DNA of 64,000 nt from Candidatus Omnitrophota bacterium. GTDB taxonomy: Bacteria > Omnitrophota > Gorgyraeia > Zapsychrales > Zapsychraceae. The stretch spans positions 74,210 through 138,209 of the forward strand of contig JADFXT010000005.1 in NCBI GenBank assembly GCA_015233405.1. Direction: 5' to 3'. The translations under genes and the position numbers were made by a program. Shown here one piece after another: positions 25,028-34,000 of this stretch. How positions within the stretch are numbered: the first letter of the stretch is position 1; each line of letters opens with the position of its first letter. The notes under the pieces are model-generated. The model worked only from the letters and a program-made list of their open reading frames with translations. It was not told the origin of the DNA and did no database searches.

Positions 25028-28000
25028 AAGTTGGATAAAAATATCGACCGTGCTATGACCTCAATGGAAAGACGCGAGTTCCTTAGCGCCTTAGGTGGGC
25101 TTGTTACGGCAGGTGCGGTTTTGGGTGGTGGTGGATTTTTGGTTTACAAAGGGGTGCGTGCGGTAGACAAGATAGCGAAGCAGGAAGAAGAAAAATTTTC
25201 AAAGGAGTGGAATGAATTTGTTAAGACCCCTGAAGGGCTTAGGATCCAGAAGATGGTGGATGCATATTGGGCGGAGATCAAAATGCCCTATTATCGAGGA
25301 ATCCCAGACTTGAAGGAATATAGAGGGAAGCTGGCGGCGGCAACGATCATCACCGATAAAAAAATAACCACTCTTGTGGATGCTTTCCGCTATACATCCA
25401 GTGCCATAAGTATGTTAGGGACCCCTCTGCTTGACGACAAGCTGAGCACTCGAATGGCCATGGTTTCGGTATCGTCCGGCAAGGATATAGGGTTATTTGT
25501 AAAGGCCTATCAATATATAGACGATAAGAACACCAACAGCACTCTGGGCCTCCACCAAGAGTCGATGGTGGATATAGCGGTTGCTGCAGTCACAACAGGT
25601 AAAGACACCCAGGCTTTTCTCAATGCATACAGGTTTATGAAAAGCTATGATAAATTTCGGGCTGCATCCGGTGAGTCATCGGCGGTGCAAAGAGCGATTA
25701 CCGCGGTCACAACAGGAAAAGACCTGGAGGCATTTGCCAAAGCGTTCGAGTACATGACAAACTATAATAATGTTGGAACTAATATTAATGACGAATTGGC
25801 GGCGCAGATGGCGGTTGCAGTAGTCGCAACGGACAAAGCCCCCGAGGCATTGGCCAAGGCGTTCAGGTATATAAAAAACACTGGGCTCAGCGATGAATTA
25901 GCGGCGCAGATGGCGGTTGTTGCAGTCACAACGGGCAAAGATCCTGAAGCATTTGCCAAAGCGTTTAGGTATTCAAAAGACAACGTGCCGCCCGATTTTC
26001 TTATCAGTGATGAAATAGCGGCAGAGCTGGCGGTTGTTGCAGTCACAACGGGCAAAGACATAGCGGATTTTGTAATGGTTTTTCAATATATGAAAGGATA
26101 CGAGAATGGAACCAGCCCTCTTAGTGACGAATTAGCGACGCGGATGGCTATTGCCGCGATCCTCTCAGGCAAGAATAAAAAGGCCTTTGTGGAGGCCTTC
26201 AAGTATTTGCAGGACGGCGAAAACCAGCTGTTCTATCTCAACGATGAAGGCCGCGTACAGATGGCTATCGCCTCCGTCGTTACAGGCAAGAACATAAAAG
26301 CATTTGCGACTGCATACCGATATGTGAATGATCAAGTGGGGAGCCATGGCATCCTAGATGATGGTTTGCTGATCGTACGAATGGTCATTGTCGGGATGGC
26401 CCCCGAATTCTTTAACAAAGATCTTACTGGCGTAGATTCACTTAACGAATCGTTAGGCCCTGTGGCAGGAAGCATTCTTGGTGCTGTTTTTCTTGGAATG
26501 CCAGTGCTAGGAGCTATTCTAGGTGGCGGTTCTCTTGGCGGGGCAGCCATCGGGTATTTGATCGCGGGCCCGATTGGCGCGCTTTTGGGAGCTATATTAT
26601 TGGCGGATGATTATAAGGAGAGACCTGATAATTGGAGCGATCTGGCTAATCTTCATGCTCTCCAGAAGGTAACGGCGAGTCCGGCCACGCGTAGCGTTAA
26701 TGCTGATAAAGCCATGGGCGCCGAGTTGTCCGACCACGCTATGGTCACGCCAGGCCTAAATAGTTACTTCAATTACTCGGAAAAATTGAAAATATCAGGC
26801 GGGGACCTTGAGACATTGGCCCAAAAGTTCGCACTATATTTAGATAAAGTCGTAAATAACAAATACAGAAAAATGCCTTATCGATACTTGCCAGATCAAT
26901 GGCAAAAACGATTAAATGGCATCAACGAATTCTTGCTACGCACGCCGTTATACCAAGGGAAACTTCAAGACGGAAGTCCAATCTATCAATATATGATCGT
27001 ACCTCTTTTTAACCTTAACGGCGTTAAATCGATTGGCGCGATGATTGAGCCTGGTGATGGTCGGTCTTCTCCGCATCACTATATTTATTTAGGGATAGAG
27101 CCATATCTTTTAAGCGTCGAAGACCCCAAGATCCTTATCAATGCCGTGCTTGATCAAATTAAGGTCAACCAAAATGATTCTTCATCTTATAAGGCCTGGA
27201 GAAATTATTATACCCAAGGGCTTTTAAGTGAAGTTGAAGAAGCCGACAAGGCCATGACGGCGGATAGGGAAAAGGATGCGACAACAGAGGTCCTCACACA
27301 AGAAGATCTAAATGAGTTGATCCGCCTCATAGACGAACACGATGATATCCGTTTTGACACGAGTAATGCGGTAAAGGCGATAGAATTGCGTCAGCCTGAA
27401 ATTGTTACGCGCTTTGAAAGGGATTTGGATGAGAACAGAAGGTGGTTAGCACAGGCGGTAGTTGAAGGCCTTTTGAATAATAAAGAATGGGCCCGCAAAG
27501 CTGTGGCCGAGCATGGCCTTATGAATCAATCTAATTTTCGAGAGATTTTAGATAGTGCGCTTGATATGAGAAAAGTGGAGGCCCTGAAAGTTTATTTGTG
27601 GAACAGACAATGGTTTGTTGATGTGGTTGTGCAGGAAGTCAAAGCGTCCCCAAAAGGGGCACAAGACTTTCTATACAAACTCTTGGAGGATAATAATCAT
27701 GGAGACAACTGTTTCTGGGCTTGGGAGGCCGTACTTGCTTTGGCACGAGAAGGAAATGCTTGGGCAAAGGACACTCTTTTTTCTTGGGCAAAAAGTTACT
27801 CGACATCATCTTATTATTCCCCAGAAGATTTAGCCATAAAAATGGCCAGACAGATAATATTGATGGAAGCCTATGCCGGTCAGTCATGGGTAGGTGATTT
27901 AAAAGATGTGTCGGATGTCATAAAGAATGAAAAGGCACCTGAACATCCTATTTTGCGAGAAAGATCAGAGGGCATAAGCCCGACGATCTTTGAGTCATTT

Positions 28001-31000
28001 ATGGCACCTGAGCTTCATATTTCGCCCGAAGAGTCAGAGTATTATTTTAAGGCCCTTGGCGTGACAAAGGCGTCATACAATGTTTTGCAAAAGGCCATAA
28101 ACAAGACAATGCCTGATGCTATAAACAAGGCGATGTCTGAGGAAAGGGAAAAGGCCACAAAGATACAAAGATGGCAAAACAAAATCAGCAAGAAAAAAGC
28201 GCTGGAGTTTGAAAATACGATAAAAAAACGTGCGATGAAGGACGTCGGCATACAAGCACAGGTCATGAAGGAAGTGATGAATCACTCTTCTTTGGCCGTC
28301 ATTATGATAGCGAGACAAAACATAGAAGACTATGCCCAAAAAGATAATCGTGGTAACGAAAGGGGATTTGGAGATTATGTTGGAGGACATTATGGTGGAG
28401 GATATCGTGAAGGAAATTCTGATGAAGGAAGCCGCACTTCGAGTGGAGACTCTGGTTGGTCTATAACAGGCTTGGGTGGACTTTTAAATCCTGCCAATCC
28501 TCTGAGTCCTTTGAGTCCATTGAATATGATGGACCTTGCCATGACGGCTGATGCCAATTTAACCGAGACTGATGTCGTCCGCGTCGCGGGCAATGAAGGG
28601 TCTTTTGAAGCGGAATATCATGAGAAGCCAACGGTCGTCGTGCTGGCGCCGGGAAGAGCCAATGGGGATGGAGAGCATGTCGATTACCCCACATTTAGAA
28701 TCTATACAAGTCCCGACGGCTCAGCCACCATCATTCCGCACAATTATTCCGCGCCGATCGCCATTCAAAACAATATTTTAATCTCGGCCAAACCCAGGAC
28801 CGATAATAAAATCGTGGCTTGGGCGAAAGATTACAAAACCAGATATGAATTTGATCTCAATGATTTAGAAAAATTGACGAAATCCGACAGTTTAAAAGGT
28901 GATAAATTCTGGGCGAATTATTTACTTGGAGCTTATCAAATCGCTAAAAATCAAGGCCGTTCATTTAAAGGCGCGGAATTTGTCATAGAAGGAAATGTCC
29001 CAACGTCCGGCGGCGTATCTTCCTCGTCGGCTTATAGTGTTGCTTTAAGCATTGCGTTCTCGCAAATGTTTGGTTGGAATTTACATAACAGCAAAGTCGG
29101 GAAAGTCGAATTAGCTTTGTTTGCCCGCGATGCCGAACGTTCAGAGTTGGTTGGTTCAAGCTGCGGATATCTGGACCAATTAGCGTCGATCTTCGGGAAG
29201 AAGGACCATATCACGTTGATCGATTACGGCGAAGTTCCTGTTTTCCTCGAAAAACTGGAGAAAGGTTTAGCTACCGATGCCGACGTCGACCGATTAATTC
29301 AAAATATCTCTATGAAGCCGGTCTTGGATAAAGGCTATAAGTTTATGTTGTTTAACAGTAACGTCGAGCGTCCCGCTGGAGGACTTGGCGCGACCAATTA
29401 TAATGTCCGGGCAGATTATGAATTACCGGAGGGGGGAAGAATATTATCCGCGTTACTGGGGACTGCCTGGGCGCCACATGTCAGTGCGTATACATTGGCT
29501 GATTTAGAACGCGTAAAATCGCAATGGCCGACGGGTGATTATACTTATGTGGATAAAAGAGATGGCAAGACATACACCGTCAGCTACGCGACGATCTTTA
29601 AACGTGTCCGTTATGTCTTAGGTGAGAAAGAACGAACCTTGGCCTTTATCGCAGCGGCCAAAGTTGGAGATGTTGAAGCTATGATGCGGGCGCTTAATGC
29701 AACTGGCGACGGGCTAATGATGGACGGTGATTTTCAAATCAGCGCTTATGTGGATAAAGACGGAAACGTCTTGGACGACACCTTGGACATATTAGTGAAG
29801 GTTTTACGTGAAAACGGGGCAGCAGCCCGCATGATGGGCGGCGGGGGCGGCGGCTCTGTTATCCTTTTGGTGAAGAAAGAATTTGATACGCCCGAATGGC
29901 GCCAGAAGATCATCGACGAAGTTAAGCTACGCAGCAAGACCCATAAAGTCGTATCTGTTATCGGCGACGTCATCGCCTCCGAAGGCGCGCGGGTCGTCAA
30001 AGAATCCCCTGATAAAGCTATGGTAGCAGAAACTCAGGTGGAGACGTTTTTTGATCTCCCCGTTGATATAGAAAATGTTGGGGACATCTTAAATGATATC
30101 CTTCAAGAAAAAGGCAAAAAATCTTGGACGGGCTTGGCAAAAGAAGCTCTTAACCAACCTCAAAAAGAAAAAAAATCCTCTGCATTTTCTCTTCTTTATA
30201 TACAAAGAAGAGATGGGAGAAGGGAAAGCATCCCTTTAAGCAGCAACTTTCTCATCCGAATGGCATTAAAAAAAGTTATATCTAAAATATTGGACAAATA
30301 TGCTTCCCGACATGAAAAAAGAAGATTTCATATCGCCGTCTATAAAGAACCTGGAGAAAATGGATATTTTGATTTAGTTATAGTCCCACAAGAGCCATTT
30401 GTTTTTCCGGAACCTCAAGTCCTGAATTTTATGCGGAATACTTTTGTCACTAAATGGCTTGATGAAAATGGCAATCGACTATTGTTCATTGATTCTCTAA
30501 AATATAATTTAAAGAAAGCAAAAGCTCCACGAGCAGATCATCCAGAAGAGATTGTCTCTTTTATTCAGAAAACATTCGATGGCCGTGTTCCTGTTAAGCT
30601 TAATGAAAGCAATAATTTTGTATTTGGCGACGAGAATTTATCCCTGGAAGTGAATTCAGATTCTTATGCAAAAGACTTTTCCCCTAAACTTGAATCTGCG
30701 ATTGAGCAAGCGTTGGAAGCTCATAGGGAATTTGAATCCATTTCCGGACTACTCACCTATTCCGATAATGCGATGTTGACTCATAGATTCACGAGTTTTT
30801 TGACAAAACCATTCTTATTAATGGCCTTAGCATCAACTTTGGGAGCAGCGCCGAGTTTGAATGATTTGAACTTAAAGAAACAGGTCAATCCGCTTGAACA
30901 ATTAAGCAATGAAGATTTACGTAGACAAACGAACCTGCGAAAAGATGCAAATATTTTCTTTGAAGTAGCCCGACGCGCTTCTCAATATAAAGACAGCAGC

Positions 31001-34000
31001 TCTTACGACCTGCTGAATAAAGAAGCCCTTGAATATCCCGGCGCCATCGTAGCCTTAGATACTATTGCAAATAGCGGACAATATTTTGCAGAGGATGCTA
31101 AAAACACTTTAGAAATGTTATCTATTGAACATTACAAAAAAATCCTTCTTCTTCCATTTCAATTAATCAGCGAAGAGGCCAAAGAAGAATATATTTATGG
31201 TCTAGGGATCCTTGTGTCTTATGATAACCTGGATGCTTATCAATTTTTAATGGGGCACGAGATCTTCTTAAAAAATTTAGCTGCCCGGTCGATCGTCTAC
31301 CAATATCATCAACGGCATCCTAAGGCCCCTTGGATGATATATTTTAATAATAATTCGGCAAAAATTGATTCGACCACAAAATCTGACAAAGCCATGATGT
31401 CCGGCAATGCCTTAACGCCATTCGGGATATTGGTATTCTTAGCATCTTATTTTAATCTACCCAGCAATTCTTATGCCTCTGGCTCTGGTGGTGGGGTTGT
31501 CAACGCTCCTTTAACAGTAACGACAGGACAGACAACATCTTCCGTCGATATGAGTCGAACGAAACATTTTATTCTGAAGCAAAAAACGGCTTCTGCTTTA
31601 ATTGGTGGAGGAGAAAAGATTGTTTCTCAATTGATCAAACTCGCCTTACGCAATGACATCGCCATGAGCGAATTAATTGTCATTGCAGGAGAGAAGAACA
31701 ATCCCGAAGCCGAAGCTGCCAAAAAATTTCTAGACACCATAAATTTCCAAATGATTAGAAATGCTCAAGACCCGACGGCAGATAAAAGAGCCCAGGATAA
31801 AAATTTTAAGAAAATTTTATCCCTTCTTGCTGGTTATGGACGCGCAGATGCTTTAACAAATTTATATTTCTCCGCTCGCGCCAATGACCTTTATTCCCTT
31901 TCTCTTATAGAAAACCTTGCTTACCAGGGCAATCATACAGCTTTTACGACGTTAACCTGGTTAATCACCAAGTATTCCCAGTTGGCTGCCGTAGTTGCCT
32001 TAAGGGGAATGTCTTTTGCCCCGGATAATAAATTTACAAATAAAGGCATTAAATCGGACGCTATCGAATTCTTAAATAACAATGAAGCTCTTATAGAAAA
32101 GATAGAATCCACACCGCCCCAATCGCAATCCGCAATTGATAAAGCCATGACGACAGAAAAATCAAAGGACCTTCTTGATGTCTTACAACAGATTGGCACA
32201 CTTAAAGAAAATGACGTCGACACATTTGTAAATTTATACCCACCCGATCAGCAGCTTGACATAAGAAATTTAATTAAACGCGCCAGAAATGTCAGCACTT
32301 TCGGGGTAAGTTACATTTTGCAAGAGGTAGAGAAATCATTGAAAACAGAAGAAGAACGCAGCGAATTCGAATTAAAGCTCCGCGGCGTCTTAGAAGCTGC
32401 CCATGAAATCCAAAAAGAGAATTTCATCAGGACATCCAATGGGGTTGATTTAAAAAATGTTGATATCTTAAAGATTGACGCTGCTGCAGAAGAAAGAATT
32501 CAGCTGATTCTTAAAATCATCGCGAATCCTTTAGATCCAAGACGAGAAGACACGCTTAATCGTTTGTTTATAGCCCCGATGGAGACTGTCTATTTATTAA
32601 AAGAAGCCAGAATATGGGATGCGGACCATCAGACTCATGTTGAAACAGCAATCAGAAATGCATTGTTATCCATCAAAAGCATATTTCCTATAATCGCAAA
32701 CCCTCGTCATCCGCGGAATCAAGATGCTCTGAATTTTTTAAGGGAAAGCTACTTAAGAAAGAAAACCGATGAGATTCTAAAATTAGCACAAGAATGGGAT
32801 ATCGCGGTTCCCGGATATCATGTCGAGCAAAAAATTGCAGAAGCTTTTAAATTAAAAAATAAGGCTGATCAGAAGACAGACTCCGCCATGACAGCAAAGG
32901 TCGTTGCCGACGTCTGGAATTTGGCAAAAGAGATGCCTTATTCATTTGTCAGTCCATATAATAAAATCTCCTTATCGAGGCCGCACGGATTTACCAATGC
33001 CTATCCTCAGGCCGTTACTCGATTTTCAGAAGATCAAAAAACTTTTTATATCCGTTTTAGCGGTTCTGCGCCAGGACTGGATTTAGAGTCGGATGCGACA
33101 TATTTGATCGAAAAGATGAGGGAGATTCTTCCGTCCGATTATGAACTTGCTTTTTATGTTCCTTCCAATATTTCTAAAGAGGCTTCTCATCAGACTCTTG
33201 AAATTTCTGTCAAAGCTCCTGCCGACCAAGCGATGACGACGGAATTGAACACCACGACGCCAGTCTTTAGAGCGGATGCTGTTAAACAACAAGCTTCCTT
33301 TAATTATGGTGTTGGCATTTATTCGTATCCAAGCGCCCTAGCCAAAGTTAAATATTTTAAAGGTTTAGATGAAAGATTGCGTCCGTTGTGGCAGGCTTTA
33401 AAAAATATTGCACAAGACTTTCCCGATGCCGTCGATGTTCCTGAATTGGGAGAACTTCATTTTACAATGACATCTCGACCAACAGATATTCATGGCCGAC
33501 CCTTTAAAGAAAATCCGTCTATTTTAATTCAACCGTTTACCCCAGAAGAATTAGCAAAATATATGCAGGAAGCAAAAGAAGCTTTGAATATAGCGAACCC
33601 GAATCCTTTTTCATCCCAACAGTTAAAAGGTTCCTTAACGAGAATCCCGGCGGGAGTAATTTATTGGACGATAGATAAAGGAAGCCCGTTTGATACGTGG
33701 GTAAACAGCTTGCGACAAGGTTTTAATAACAGCGCGTGGAGCATCTATGAACCAGGTACCAAAAACTTCTTTAAAGTTACCATGACCTTATTCCGCATAA
33801 AAAATAAAAATCTGCCAGACACCGTCTTAAATGAGATTGATGCCCGCGCTGCTAAAGTCATTGCAGAATTTGCTCCTGAAGGGAATCTTTCATTCCAGGG
33901 TCCGTTTTATTTAAATGACGTTGAAGTGGGGCAAGGGTTTTATGTCAATTGGCAACCTGTGAATGTCGAACGTATTTCTTTACAGACGACGCCTACGAAA

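Noticed and set aside
25790-26060. Possible CRISPR-like arrays from the regularly spaced repeats at 25790-26060 and 47413-47990.
   Set aside because: The repeats are in frame inside long ORFs, have variable or very long periods (100-117 bp and 234 bp), and the 'spacers' are homologous to each other. No cas genes are present. These are protein tandem repeats.
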